This document shows positions 7,586 to 19,086 of a DNA stretch of 51,363 nucleotides, piece after piece. The notes below the pieces were generated by a model. That model saw nothing but the letters and a program-made list of their open reading frames with translations. It was not told the origin of the DNA and ran no database searches. Position 1 is the stretch's first letter, and each line of letters starts with the position of its first letter. The stretch is from an uncultured Chlamydiae bacterium (GTDB lineage: Bacteria > Chlamydiota > Chlamydiia > Chlamydiales > CALBHK01), in NCBI GenBank assembly GCA_937894565.1, contig CALBHK010000397.1, forward strand, positions 1 to 51,363, read 5' to 3'. The translations under genes and the position numbers were made by a program.

Positions 7586-9574
7586 TCATACTGTCACCGT
7601 GATTCTTGTTAGATCAAAGACGGAGATTTCATTTTCTGCGATGACGATATCTGCTGTACCAAATAGGGGAGTATCCCCTGGTTCATTCGTGGATGCAATT
7701 TGCATCACGCCGCTAGCGATTCCGGGAACACTAAAAATTTGAGCAAGGACGCGTTGCAATAGAACGTCTATGCCTATGCCTAAAGTAGATCCATAGGTGT
7801 TAATGGCTGCTGCCACTAAGTCTTGACCATTTGGAGGAAATACTTCCTCAGCATATAGGGTTAAGGTAACCGTAACCCAAATGTAGATTGGAGTGGGGCG
7901 GCTAAAATTGATGACTTGGAATTCGCCTTGTGAGTCGGTGATGGTAAACGCAGTATTCCCGAATGTTTGGATACCTGCTGGTTTCGTGGTCCAGATTTTA
8001 TTTGCGACGTCAGCATCAGTGCCTCCTTGTACGACAGCTTCAAAACTTTTTGGAACTCTTCCGCCTTTAATAACCGCCGTCGCTTGTGAAGCCCCTCCGC
8101 TGACGGTGAAATCATTGGGGATCATTGTTACTTCGATAGCGGTTGCCATATCCATAGTGATGGTTCTATTGGCTGTCCCTCCAACGCTTGCAGTAACAAC
8201 TTCAGGCTGATTTTGAATCAAAGCAGCAATTACGCTCATGGTAGCCAAATGAGAAGTCGCAAAGGTGACGGTTGGCAAAGTCGTACCATTTAAAACGACG
8301 ACTATGGTGTTGCCTGTGACCAAATCTTGATTTAATACGATCAAAATTGGTTCTTGAGTCAAGGTACTATTTTCGAAAACTAAAGCAGATATTACTCCAG
8401 GTACTTGCTGAAGCAATCTTGCTCTTATAGATTCAACTGTTCCAGCTCCCAAGAGTCGAAGCGAATTGTTTCGACGTATTCTTAATTCCGCATCCGTTTC
8501 AATGAAACGACCTGTCACTCCAGCTTTAAGATTATTTATTGATATCCAACCTGAAATAGGAGTGAGGATTTCGGTCAATGTATTGACAGGGGCAGCGATT
8601 GGACCAAAATCTTGGGATAGAAAAACAACAGGAGTAGATTGGGCAGTGATGCTTAAATTAGTTCCAACAGCGATGGAAAAGGGAACGTCTGACTCATCGG
8701 CATTGATGGTTATAGTTCCATCCATATTATCTATGGCCGTCACAGGTTGAACCCCAGCATTGACTACGGAAGCAAGGGCTGCTGTTAATGCGTTATTTGA
8801 TGCTGGGATTTGATAAGTAATTGCATAAGTAGGTTGGCTTGCTCCGCCTGTGATCACGATTGAATTGACTATGGCATTGAATCCAACATTTGGAATGATG
8901 GTGATAATATTTGGATTTGTTGGTGTTGCAGAAAGAACGGCAGGGGAAGTGGAAATCTGCGCAGCTAATAGAGCCAAAGTCGTGTTGTTATTCGTAGTAA
9001 AAGGAACCGCTGCTAATTGAACTCCATTGATGGTGGCAACTATTGAATTTGAAGTAACAAAACTCCCTGTAAAAGTGACGATAGGCAGCGAATATGAAAA
9101 GGCTTGATTGTTGATTAGAGCCGTATAAATTTGAGCTGCCAAAGCGCTAACCTGAATAGTTGCGGATGCTGCCTGTGTTCTTGTAATAATCGTGTTTTGT
9201 TGAGCAAAGAAAACAGCTCCGGTATCGGGGATTCTAGCGAGGGCTCCTTGATTGATAAGAGTGCCATCTAATCCAGCGCAGACGCCTATAACTCTAGTTT
9301 GTTGAGCGGCAAGTCGAGTGATGCCATTTAATTGAACGACGTTATCGAGGCTGATCCCTTCCGCGAAGTTGGGATATTGGCTGAAATAAACATCCTCCAT
9401 ATTTTCCCAAAGATCGGCTAATACTTTTGAAAATACTCCGATTTGCTGGCCAAATATAGATTGCGGATCTAAGTTGATATCGCCAAATTCTGCGAGCAGC
9501 TGATTTTCTAAATCAGTTTGAATATCGACTAATCGTTTAGCTTTAAATCCCTGAGCGGTTAAACCAAATGTCAT
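7586..9574 (-). CDS. Baseplate J-like wedge protein with inserted repeat modules
   Basis: 662 aa with an ATGA overlap to the upstream W-like gene. The N-terminal and C-terminal parts look J/gp6-like. The middle carries two copies of the module also found in the sheath and the capsid-associated protein. Confidence 0.7.
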   Translation of the reverse strand: MTFGLTAQGFKAKRLVDIQTDLENQLLAEFGDINLDPQSIFGQQIGVFSKVLADLWENMEDVYFSQYPNFAEGISLDNVVQLNGITRLAAQQTRVIGVCAGLDGTLINQGALARIPDTGAVFFAQQNTIITRTQAASATIQVSALAAQIYTALINNQAFSYSLPIVTFTGSFVTSNSIVATINGVQLAAVPFTTNNNTTLALLAAQISTSPAVLSATPTNPNIITIIPNVGFNAIVNSIVITGGASQPTYAITYQIPASNNALTAALASVVNAGVQPVTAIDNMDGTITINADESDVPFSIAVGTNLSITAQSTPVVFLSQDFGPIAAPVNTLTEILTPISGWISINNLKAGVTGRFIETDAELRIRRNNSLRLLGAGTVESIRARLLQQVPGVISALVFENSTLTQEPILIVLNQDLVTGNTIVVVLNGTTLPTVTFATSHLATMSVIAALIQNQPEVVTASVGGTANRTITMDMATAIEVTMIPNDFTVSGGASQATAVIKGGRVPKSFEAVVQGGTDADVANKIWTTKPAGIQTFGNTAFTITDSQGEFQVINFSRPTPIYIWVTVTLTLYAEEVFPPNGQDLVAAAINTYGSTLGIGIDVLLQRVLAQIFSVPGIASGVMQIASTNEPGDTPLFGTADIVIAENEISVFDLTRITVTV

Positions 9575-9933
9575 GTTAGTAATTCCTGCGTTATTGTGAT
9601 CTGCCCTTGGACAGTGTCCACAGAGAAAGTCACGGAATAAATACGCCGTGTATCGTCAAAATTACTTGTGAAACTGAGAATTTGGTTTACACCTCGAGTA
9701 GAAAGAATCTCTTGCTTGAGAACGCTTTCCATTCGAATTTGATTGGGGGATTTGATGAAAAAATCTTGATAATAGGAAACGCCTGCAGTGATATCTAAGA
9801 ACCATTCTCCCAAAATAAAGCGCAAGCGAATGGCTAGATTTTGAGCGATCTGGTCTTGATCCTCAACGAATTGCAAGTCAAAATCTTGTAAGAGTAAATC
9901 GCCAGTTGTTGTGTCTAGCGCTATATCTTTCAT
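9571..9933 (-). CDS. Small baseplate wedge protein (gpW/gp25- or XkdS-like)
   Basis: 120 aa. Pattern D..TGDL....D...V...DQIAQNL.IRL.F.LGEWFLD...G, plus its position immediately upstream of J. Confidence 0.5.
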   Translation of the reverse strand: MKDIALDTTTGDLLLQDFDLQFVEDQDQIAQNLAIRLRFILGEWFLDITAGVSYYQDFFIKSPNQIRMESVLKQEILSTRGVNQILSFTSNFDDTRRIYSVTFSVDTVQGQITITQELLT

Positions 9934-10020
9934 GAAGCCTCGTTAACTCAAAAACGTTTCCTAATACGTTTACAGATGGGTATTTGAGTTAATTAAGGCT
10001 ATTGGATACTTGAGTAGTTT

Positions 10021-10671
10021 TTAAGGGATTGTACCCTTAAGAGCATCTATAGATGCTTTCAATGAGGCATATGTCGGCACAGTGCCTTGGAATATTGGGT
10101 TTCCAACTGCGGTTGTCACCGAGGTTGTCAAGATTCCTAGTATTTTACTGACAATATCGAGAACTTCTGTAGAGCTGTTCCCGATCGCCACTTTACCAGC
10201 AGTTTCAATTTGAATGTCACCACTTTCTTTGATTCTTATATTAGAGCTTTTATAAGTTAAAAGCACGTCCGAGTTGTTCTCAGCTAAAGAATTTTCTGTA
10301 AAAGGAAAAAGCCCCATGATCGCAACAGCATCGGATAGGTCGAATTTCCTTGGATCGTTGGGTGCTACATTGCCTCCTACTGATTTCCAAAGATCTGTAC
10401 TCCTTTCAATAAACAAAAGCAAGCAGGTGTCGCCTTGAACAACTGGAAAAGTCAAACTAGCACCGCCTGCTTTTGGAAAAATTACTGGGACATTACTTAA
10501 AATAGGCAAATCCAATGTTGTCCCATCTAAATAACTCTTTTTCAAAGCCGGTTGGATTTCAGCTTTTTGCTTCGTATAGTCATAGGAAACGATGACTCCT
10601 GGCAAAGCGGTATGGACATCATAAAGCTGAAATTGAATTGCTTGTCTTAAAGCATCAGTGATCGTCGTCAT
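10021..10671 (-). CDS. Baseplate central spike/hub protein (Gp138-N / gpV-like)
   Basis: 216 aa. LYDVHTALPGVIVSYDY..QKAEIQPALK...DG....LP.L.NVPV.FP.AGG..LTFPV..GD.CLL.F.ERS.D.W matches the Gp138 N-terminal/gpV-type fold signature as I recall it. Confidence 0.6.
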   Translation of the reverse strand: MTTITDALRQAIQFQLYDVHTALPGVIVSYDYTKQKAEIQPALKKSYLDGTTLDLPILSNVPVIFPKAGGASLTFPVVQGDTCLLLFIERSTDLWKSVGGNVAPNDPRKFDLSDAVAIMGLFPFTENSLAENNSDVLLTYKSSNIRIKESGDIQIETAGKVAIGNSSTEVLDIVSKILGILTTSVTTAVGNPIFQGTVPTYASLKASIDALKGTIP

Positions 10672-10889
10672 TCTTCATCACCCTGTGCTATTGTTAAACA
10701 ATCAAGGAGTCCATCCCGGACTTTAGACAAAGCCCAACCTAATTCTTCTAAGCCGTCATCGTTATTTAAATAATGATTTACAAACCGATCCCTTTTATAT
10801 CGATCGCCCCAACCACAAAATTCAATATTTAGTAACTGGTCGAGCTTTTCTCTTATTCTTCCTAAATCTTCTAAACGTTCTGCTTTCAT
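10668..10889 (-). CDS. Small hypothetical baseplate-module protein
   Basis: Track ORF trimmed to the ATG at 10887-10889, which forms an ATGA overlap with the upstream stop. It overlaps the downstream start by ATGA as well, so translational coupling on both sides supports coding. Confidence 0.5.
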   Translation of the reverse strand: MKAERLEDLGRIREKLDQLLNIEFCGWGDRYKRDRFVNHYLNNDDGLEELGWALSKVRDGLLDCLTIAQGDEE

Positions 10890-11749
10890 ACTAAAATCAC
10901 TTCCATTATTGATCGCCAATTTGGACCGAATAAATCTCCCTCATGCTTTATAGAAAATACCGCATAAGGTCCATTAAGTCCGATTCTTTCAGATTTGATA
11001 TTGAGCCTATCACCAGGGAGAATATCAGGGCGAAGAGTGGTTTGAACGATATATCCAGTTCGCGGGCCATCCAGATATACAGCCGCTCTCTTATCTGTAT
11101 AGCGCTGAGGAATTCCGATCATGCCAGTGTCGGCATTGATTTCTATGGCTGGTTTTGAAGTGGTTCCATATTGAGGGATGATTTGAAGCTTTCCATTTTG
11201 AACGCTCCATCTTAGACCGAGTCTTAAAACTGCTTTGTCTAGGGCATTTTTACCCATTCCAGCATATTCGAACCCTTGCTCATAAACAACATTGTCAGTA
11301 GCAGTAAACTCAGAAATAGATAGCCCAAGTTGATCGGCGATCGTTTGGACAACCTGACGGACTGGGACCTTTTCCTTGAAGCTAACGGTAATAGATTTCT
11401 GGTTAAGAATTTTTTCTCCGTCTCCGCAATCAAGTGTAGTGACGATTTCTGGCTGATCATAGGCATGGCTGACTTGGGTGGTATTACCAATGAAAAGCAA
11501 TTGTTCGCCCGCGTCTTCTCGATACCCGGCGGATAAGATAACTTGGTCTCCATAATCTTTGATCCTGTTCCTATTTTCTTGACTGAGGTTCCAAATTTTT
11601 ACAGATGCTGTATTGGTTGACCAGCTCAAATTCTTCTGAATAGAAAAGGAAATGCGAAGAGCTGAAAGCTTAATTGTTCCAATATAGCCATTGAAAGTAT
11701 TGTTTCTCAATCCAACTTCTACGGATGCTATTCGATCAAATCTGGCCAT
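10886..11749 (-). CDS. Baseplate hub / tail-tip protein (gp27-, gpD- or XkdQ-like)
   Basis: 287 aa. Positioned between the tape-measure-proximal proteins and the spike. Family assignment is by position and size only. Confidence 0.45.
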   Translation of the reverse strand: MARFDRIASVEVGLRNNTFNGYIGTIKLSALRISFSIQKNLSWSTNTASVKIWNLSQENRNRIKDYGDQVILSAGYREDAGEQLLFIGNTTQVSHAYDQPEIVTTLDCGDGEKILNQKSITVSFKEKVPVRQVVQTIADQLGLSISEFTATDNVVYEQGFEYAGMGKNALDKAVLRLGLRWSVQNGKLQIIPQYGTTSKPAIEINADTGMIGIPQRYTDKRAAVYLDGPRTGYIVQTTLRPDILPGDRLNIKSERIGLNGPYAVFSIKHEGDLFGPNWRSIMEVILV

Positions 11750-12070
11750 TTAAGCGAACTCCCCGAGAGAATAATAGATGAGTTCAGTAACCTCGCCCAT
11801 GTCTAGACGTTGAATTTTTCCTTCTCCTCCAATGATGTTTTGGCAAACGATATCTCCTGTGGGTTTGCCATCATTGACATATTGAGAGGTTAAGTTATAG
11901 TTAGCGACGACTTTTATCCCAAGGATGATGGGAACTAAATCGCGAGTTAGAATGTCCATGACCCAGTATTCATTCATTGCGTTCCATCTAAAAGATAAAA
12001 CAAATGTTTGATTAGCCAATTCAATTTGTTCTTGCCATTGGGCGGGTTCTTTAAAAGGAATAATTTGCAT
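11750..12070 (-). CDS. Small baseplate plug-like protein
   Basis: 106 aa. The motif F.LSFRWNAMNEYWVMDI......PII.GIKVV resembles small baseplate plug proteins of Pam3-like myoviruses, from recollection. Confidence 0.4.
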   Translation of the reverse strand: MQIIPFKEPAQWQEQIELANQTFVLSFRWNAMNEYWVMDILTRDLVPIILGIKVVANYNLTSQYVNDGKPTGDIVCQNIIGGEGKIQRLDMGEVTELIYYSLGEFA

Positions 12071-12714
12071 TACACCACCCCTAAGATTAAATTTTTGCTG
12101 GATAATACGTTAGGGAGAATCGTGGGTTGCACAGAGATCAAGGATTGAACGCCTACATTAATCCCGCTTGAGGCCTGATCTTTTAGACTATTGACAGGAT
12201 CATTTTGAATAAGGGGATAATTGGCGTTGGACGCCACAATGTCTCGAGGAATTTTGTTTTGCACTCCACCGAAAACATTTCCTTGATCAAGTTGCAATCT
12301 AACGCTTGTATCTATGATGAGCCTTTGTAATTCGATGGTAAAAGTTAAAGACTGCCCTGTCTTTATATCTCTGGGTACATCTAAAACAGTAATAGCCATG
12401 TTTTGATACACTTTTAAACCTGTGACCACGGTCACAGGCAACCTTGATTGATGAAGGGCGATGAGACGGTTAAATGCATCAATTGAGCGATTAAAAGGGG
12501 CAAAAATACTCAGTGGAGTATCTGAAACAAGGCCGACCAACACTAAAACGTCGGGTTCGTTGATAATATGATCCGATATGATTGTGCCATCTTCAATCGG
12601 ATAGTTTGTTACGCGCGAAGAGAAGCGATGTTCTTCCCGAATGGTAACATCTAGATCGATTGACCCAACTTTTGGGCTAGGATATTTTTTTCCAAATAGC
12701 AGAGATAAAACCAT
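12070..12714 (-). CDS. Dit-like / tail-tube-initiator protein
   Basis: 214 aa. HRFSSRVTNYPIEDGTIISDHIINEPDVLVLVGLVSD resembles the Dit-like phage tail protein N-terminal signature. Lies immediately after the tape measure. Confidence 0.45.
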   Translation of the reverse strand: MVLSLLFGKKYPSPKVGSIDLDVTIREEHRFSSRVTNYPIEDGTIISDHIINEPDVLVLVGLVSDTPLSIFAPFNRSIDAFNRLIALHQSRLPVTVVTGLKVYQNMAITVLDVPRDIKTGQSLTFTIELQRLIIDTSVRLQLDQGNVFGGVQNKIPRDIVASNANYPLIQNDPVNSLKDQASSGINVGVQSLISVQPTILPNVLSSKNLILGVV

Positions 12715-13820
12715 TACTCCACCTGAGGATTGTTGTTATAGATTTCCCTAATCTTATCTATGAAAGCATTGTCAAAAGCTTCATCGAAAGACTGGCGAAT
12801 AGCGATTTGCTGCTGATCAGTCGTTCCTGCAGGAATCTGCATATCGACTTTAGTATTGATATTGAAATTGGCTGGAAGCTTGCCTTGTTTTTGTTGTTCT
12901 ACTAAGGCATTGAAAAAGAAAGCGTCTTCTTCGTCAACTTTCCTTTTAACCATATTAAGAGTTTCACCGCCGAATAATTTGGCAACTTCTTCGGTTATCG
13001 CATCCGCAATAAACGAAAATCCACCCTTAATTCCTTCTGTGGAAAAGACATCTGCAATCACTCCAAAGCCTTTAAAAGCATCTCCATTTAAAATCTGGGT
13101 GAATATTCCAAGCGCTTCAGTGATGGCAGGCAAGAGCTTAACTACGAAAACCTCTGTCAGTTGTGTCAGCTGATTTTTAAAAACCGCTAGATTTCGAGAA
13201 TATTGGCTTAGACTTGGGATTCCATCTTTCAAGGCCTTAGCATATTCGGTATGTTTTTCTGTCAGCAATCCAATGCTATCGCCGGCTGCCTTGGCGAAAT
13301 CTATATATTTTTGGGCGTCTTTTTCACCGAAGAAAGCGACAGCAACCTTTAATTTATCTCGATCATTGCTGAGAGTATTAATGTGCTTGAGGATGTCGAT
13401 AAATAATTGATTGGCATTCTTCAATTCACCAGTGAAATTATCTCTAATTTCTATCCCTGTGTAATAAGCGATTTCTTGAAGCTGTCCCATTCCCCATTGA
13501 GCATCTTGAAGCATTTTATTCAAACCGGAAATGGCAGCATCAAAATTGCTTGGATCAATTCTAAATTCTTCGGCAGCCTTTCTTAACTTGATAAATTCTT
13601 CGAATGAAATGCCAATACTCTTAGCGAGATCATTGGCATCCAATGTGGCATTTGCAATGTCATTGAAAAAGTCTAGGGTTTTAGCAACGAATGCAGTTGC
13701 AGCTGTTGCTGCAATAGCAAATTTTGTTTTAAACCCTATGATTGTACGATTAAATTGCTCAACGCCTCTTTGATCGACTTGAAAGCCTAATCTAGTGACT
13801 AATTCTCTAACGACTGTCAT
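12714..13820 (-). CDS. Tail tape measure protein (short, 368 aa)
   Basis: Helical, Ala/Lys/Glu-rich sequence. Lies directly downstream of the frameshifted chaperone pair, the conserved location of tape measure genes. Confidence 0.7.
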   Translation of the reverse strand: MTVVRELVTRLGFQVDQRGVEQFNRTIIGFKTKFAIAATAATAFVAKTLDFFNDIANATLDANDLAKSIGISFEEFIKLRKAAEEFRIDPSNFDAAISGLNKMLQDAQWGMGQLQEIAYYTGIEIRDNFTGELKNANQLFIDILKHINTLSNDRDKLKVAVAFFGEKDAQKYIDFAKAAGDSIGLLTEKHTEYAKALKDGIPSLSQYSRNLAVFKNQLTQLTEVFVVKLLPAITEALGIFTQILNGDAFKGFGVIADVFSTEGIKGGFSFIADAITEEVAKLFGGETLNMVKRKVDEEDAFFFNALVEQQKQGKLPANFNINTKVDMQIPAGTTDQQQIAIRQSFDEAFDNAFIDKIREIYNNNPQVE

Positions 13821-14453
13821 TTCTTCGACCTTTCCTTTTAGATTCTTCCATCAGGTCGAGTCGCATATCCAGCAAGGCATTTGCCCTCAACAGATCATCT
13901 AGATTCCATGTGCGCTCGATTTCCTCTAAAGAGGCTATTCCTTCTAATACTAACCGCCAGAGAAGGAACTCATCTTTTAATTCCGTATGGAGGTTTTTCT
14001 CGTATCTGGCTGACGATTCTGCGGCATCGGTGTTGCTTCCTTGAATAGGCCTCCAATACCGCTCTCCCCAAAAAAAGAACCGAAATTGCAATCTACCACG
14101 AAGGCCAAGACCTGCATCAAAGTAGGTAGATCACCTGCAAATTCAACATCTATTACAGAATCGGTTAATTCCATTCCCTCTTTTCTGACTCCTTGGCATA
14201 GCTCAAGGACTAAACTTTCAAATGTTTTGTCATCCAATTGGGACATTAAAGATTCAATAGCTTTGACAGCTTCTCCTTTTGAAAAAGGAAGCCCAGCCAT
14301 GCTTTGATCTTTGCCTCCAGGAAGGAATAATTGAGCCAAAGCAGGTCCAAAGATACGCAAAAGCTTTGCCTTCATTCTTAAAGCTCTTCTAGCGGGTAAC
14401 TGAGTACAGGTATAAACCGATCCATTGATTTGTTTTTCTCGTGTTTCAATCAT
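13807..14453 (-). CDS. Tail assembly chaperone frameshift product (gpGT-like, about 215 aa)
   Basis: A -1 slip on T TTT TTT (minus strand, 14076-14070) after ..NFGSFF continues as WGERYWRPIQ... in the open -1 frame down to the stop at 13807-13809. This is the conserved G/GT arrangement of tailed phages. Confidence 0.6.
13977..14453 (-). CDS. Tail assembly chaperone (gpG-like, zero-frame product)
   Basis: 158 aa between the tube and tape measure genes. Overlapped in the -1 frame by ORF 13807-14091, with a slippery heptamer in the overlap. Confidence 0.7.
   Translation of the reverse strand: MIETREKQINGSVYTCTQLPARRALRMKAKLLRIFGPALAQLFLPGGKDQSMAGLPFSKGEAVKAIESLMSQLDDKTFESLVLELCQGVRKEGMELTDSVIDVEFAGDLPTLMQVLAFVVDCNFGSFFGESGIGGLFKEATPMPQNRQPDTRKTSIRN
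14070..14076 (-). promoter_or_regulatory. Programmed -1 ribosomal frameshift slippery site (UUUUUUU followed by GGGG)
   Basis: The plus strand shows A7 at 14070-14076 preceded by CCCC (14066-14069). In the zero frame the site reads tcT TTT TTT ggg. The frame relation of the two ORFs (start coordinates mod 3 of 2 versus 0 on the minus strand) equals -1. Confidence 0.6.
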
Positions 14454-14887
14454 TAGACGTTTACTCCATTGCTACCAACGAAGACGTCCAGATCAACTAG
14501 ATCAAGAACCCAATCGCGATTAGCTAAATCTTTACCGAATTCAGAAGATGGATATTTCTTCACCCAGCCAGTAGCACTGAAATAAAGGGAATTTCCGCTC
14601 AAGTCTTTGATTAAGATCGGGACAACTCCGGCATTGGTTAATTCATCAATGTTAGCGAAGCCTGAAAGTACGTCGTTACTTGGACTCGATTGCTTTAAGG
14701 TGAGCGTCATATTTCCAGAGCGATTGTTACTTTTGATACGCGTGCTTGTACCATCCGCGCCAGTAACCTTCGCCCATTGATCGTCATCTCTATCAACTGT
14801 TAAAAAAGTTCCATCAGCGAAGCCGCTCATAGGAATCCCGCCTACTGTAATAATGACCTGCTTAGGGTCATAAGTTCTTACTGACAT
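14453..14887 (-). CDS. Tail tube protein (DUF3277-like)
   Basis: 144 aa directly downstream of the sheath. Pattern Y....VIITVGG..MSGFADGTF..V.......G..T..LKQSSPSN. Confidence 0.65.
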   Translation of the reverse strand: MSVRTYDPKQVIITVGGIPMSGFADGTFLTVDRDDDQWAKVTGADGTSTRIKSNNRSGNMTLTLKQSSPSNDVLSGFANIDELTNAGVVPILIKDLSGNSLYFSATGWVKKYPSSEFGKDLANRDWVLDLVDLDVFVGSNGVNV

Positions 14888-14904
14888 AATTATCTCCTAA
14901 GTAT

Positions 14905-17316
<2,412 letters not shown>

Positions 17317-17327
<11 letters not shown>

Positions 17328-17499
17328 CTTCTACCCCATACAACACAAGAACTGAATGAAGCTCGAAGCCTTGCTGATAATAGGTGTCATATTTGACATC
17401 GAATAATTTCCATGCATTGGCTGTCAATTCATTGAGGAAGTCATTGAGCCTGTCTTCTAACGTCATAAAAGAAGTGTCTGAAATAATTTTTGCTTTCAT
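17317..17499 (-). CDS. Small hypothetical neck-module protein
   Basis: 60 aa, ATG with AAGGA upstream, overlaps the downstream gene by 11 nt. Confidence 0.4.
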
Positions 17500-17516
17500 G
17501 GTTTTTCAATTCCTTT

Positions 17517-17873
17517 TTATTGTCCTTCGAGCCTTAAGACTAAGTATTTATAATGGTTTACCAACCCCATTGCCGGTGCGTTTTGCCATGGAAAAACCTG
17601 AACCACTTCAAAAGTTTTCCCGAAGAAAAGAACAAGGTCTGGATTTACACTCGTGACCGTGTTAATGAGGGTCGAGGTAAAAAGCTTATAGCCTTCTGAA
17701 TCTCTTCTTGCCTCTGGCAGCTCCTGCATTTCTTCACCCTTCATGGGCTGGATGCTGGAAGTTATTTGAGTATCTGTGTAAGCGCCATCAATCCAGCGCC
17801 CATTCGTATAACCTCCGCTTTGAAAGCGACGAAGTATTACTGGAGAGCGAAAGATTTCAAATGGCGATGTCAT
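17517..17873 (-). CDS. Neck / head-tail joining protein (putative)
   Basis: 118 aa with an ATGA overlap to the upstream gene. Position only. Confidence 0.4.
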   Translation of the reverse strand: MTSPFEIFRSPVILRRFQSGGYTNGRWIDGAYTDTQITSSIQPMKGEEMQELPEARRDSEGYKLFTSTLINTVTSVNPDLVLFFGKTFEVVQVFPWQNAPAMGLVNHYKYLVLRLEGQ

Positions 17874-18352
17874 TTGAGCTCCACCTTATAGCGTACTGAC
17901 TGCACCATCTGACCGAAGTCAATTAAAGGCTTGGAGCTTTTCTTAATAGCAATAGTCCTTGGAGAATTGGGAGGGGAAACAATTGCACGGATCTTTTGAA
18001 CAATCAGTTTTGTCATTAGCTGTCCTATCAATCCTAAGGATTTTTCTGCTGTTCTTTTACCGTCCAAAATTTTAGTGTATTCGCCTTGTATCGCATTATT
18101 TATTAATGCCTTGTTCTCATCGAAGCTTGTAGACATAAAGGGTCTAGCTGGAATGGTATTCGTCCCGAATTCATTCCCTGCTGCTATTTGAGGAATCGAA
18201 AGGCCAGCAGCTTGCTTCCGCTGTCCTTTTACCTGTGTCTTTGTGGTGGTTCCCTGTTGAAAACCGACTTTGACGTAGGAGCCATCGAGCAAAGCAATTT
18301 GCCGTTGGATTTCATCAAATCCTAGATCCTTATCCTTGACAACAGCACGCAT
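17870..18352 (-). CDS. HK97 gp10-like head-tail joining protein
   Basis: 160 aa. The motif NEFGTNTIPARPFM is the hallmark of the HK97 gp10 family as I recall it. Confidence 0.5.
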   Translation of the reverse strand: MRAVVKDKDLGFDEIQRQIALLDGSYVKVGFQQGTTTKTQVKGQRKQAAGLSIPQIAAGNEFGTNTIPARPFMSTSFDENKALINNAIQGEYTKILDGKRTAEKSLGLIGQLMTKLIVQKIRAIVSPPNSPRTIAIKKSSKPLIDFGQMVQSVRYKVELK

Positions 18353-18743
18353 TGATCACCGCAAAATTTGGGGGTAAATTCGTTACAGTTGAACCGATGA
18401 CGGTTCGTTTGATCAAATCTTTGTACAACCTGCCATATTGGGTGGCATTCAGGATGGAAGAATCGGGAGAGATTGCAAGCCCAATAGACAGTTCTCCCTC
18501 GCTGAGATTAGTAGCCACTCCTGTTTGAGGACTGGTTTGCAATTGAAGCCAATGAGCCAAAAGATAGACGTAGGCTAGCACGCCGCAACAAGATAAGACC
18601 TGTTCATTGACTTGGCATCTCAACAAACCAATCATGGTATTGTAGTTAGCCAACTTCATTGGATCGGTCGTATAGAACTGCGGTGCAATAACGAACAACG
18701 TATCAATTATCGTTTGACTTGGTATTGGATCCGAAATGCTCAT
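18330..18743 (-). CDS. DUF4054-like head-tail connector protein
   Basis: Track ORF trimmed to the ATG at 18741-18743, preceded by GGAGGAAGAGG. Hydrophobic/helical pattern with ..LAHWLQL.. as in DUF4054 proteins that follow DUF2184 capsid genes. Confidence 0.45.
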   Translation of the reverse strand: MSISDPIPSQTIIDTLFVIAPQFYTTDPMKLANYNTMIGLLRCQVNEQVLSCCGVLAYVYLLAHWLQLQTSPQTGVATNLSEGELSIGLAISPDSSILNATQYGRLYKDLIKRTVIGSTVTNLPPNFAVINACCCQG

Positions 18744-19086
18744 TTTCCTCTTCCTCCGCTTGGTGAGAAATTTTATGAAGCTGTTTTTTAGCTGCATCTA
18801 CGACTTTGTCACGGCCATCTTCATCGATAATTCGAGTCAGGTAGGCATGGTCATAAATTTGAGGGATGAGTTTCATCATCTCCTTAACCGACTTCTTTCC
18901 ATCCGCCTCCTTGTCTGGAGATTCGGGAATAATCACGATGATCCCTTCTTCGACCCTGTGTTGAAATAAAGGGTGAAGGAGGAGGGCTTTGAGTTCGCCC
19001 TCCGGAATCTCATTGATCCCTGGCATCAGGCGGCTGGTGAAGTTACAATAGTAGACGTTCTTACCGTTGTACTTGACTAAAGCCAT
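18703..19086 (-). CDS. Hypothetical head-module protein
   Basis: 127 aa. Its start overlaps the capsid gene stop by 1 nt. No family recognised. Confidence 0.45.
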   Translation of the reverse strand: MALVKYNGKNVYYCNFTSRLMPGINEIPEGELKALLLHPLFQHRVEEGIIVIIPESPDKEADGKKSVKEMMKLIPQIYDHAYLTRIIDEDGRDKVVDAAKKQLHKISHQAEEEENEHFGSNTKSNDN

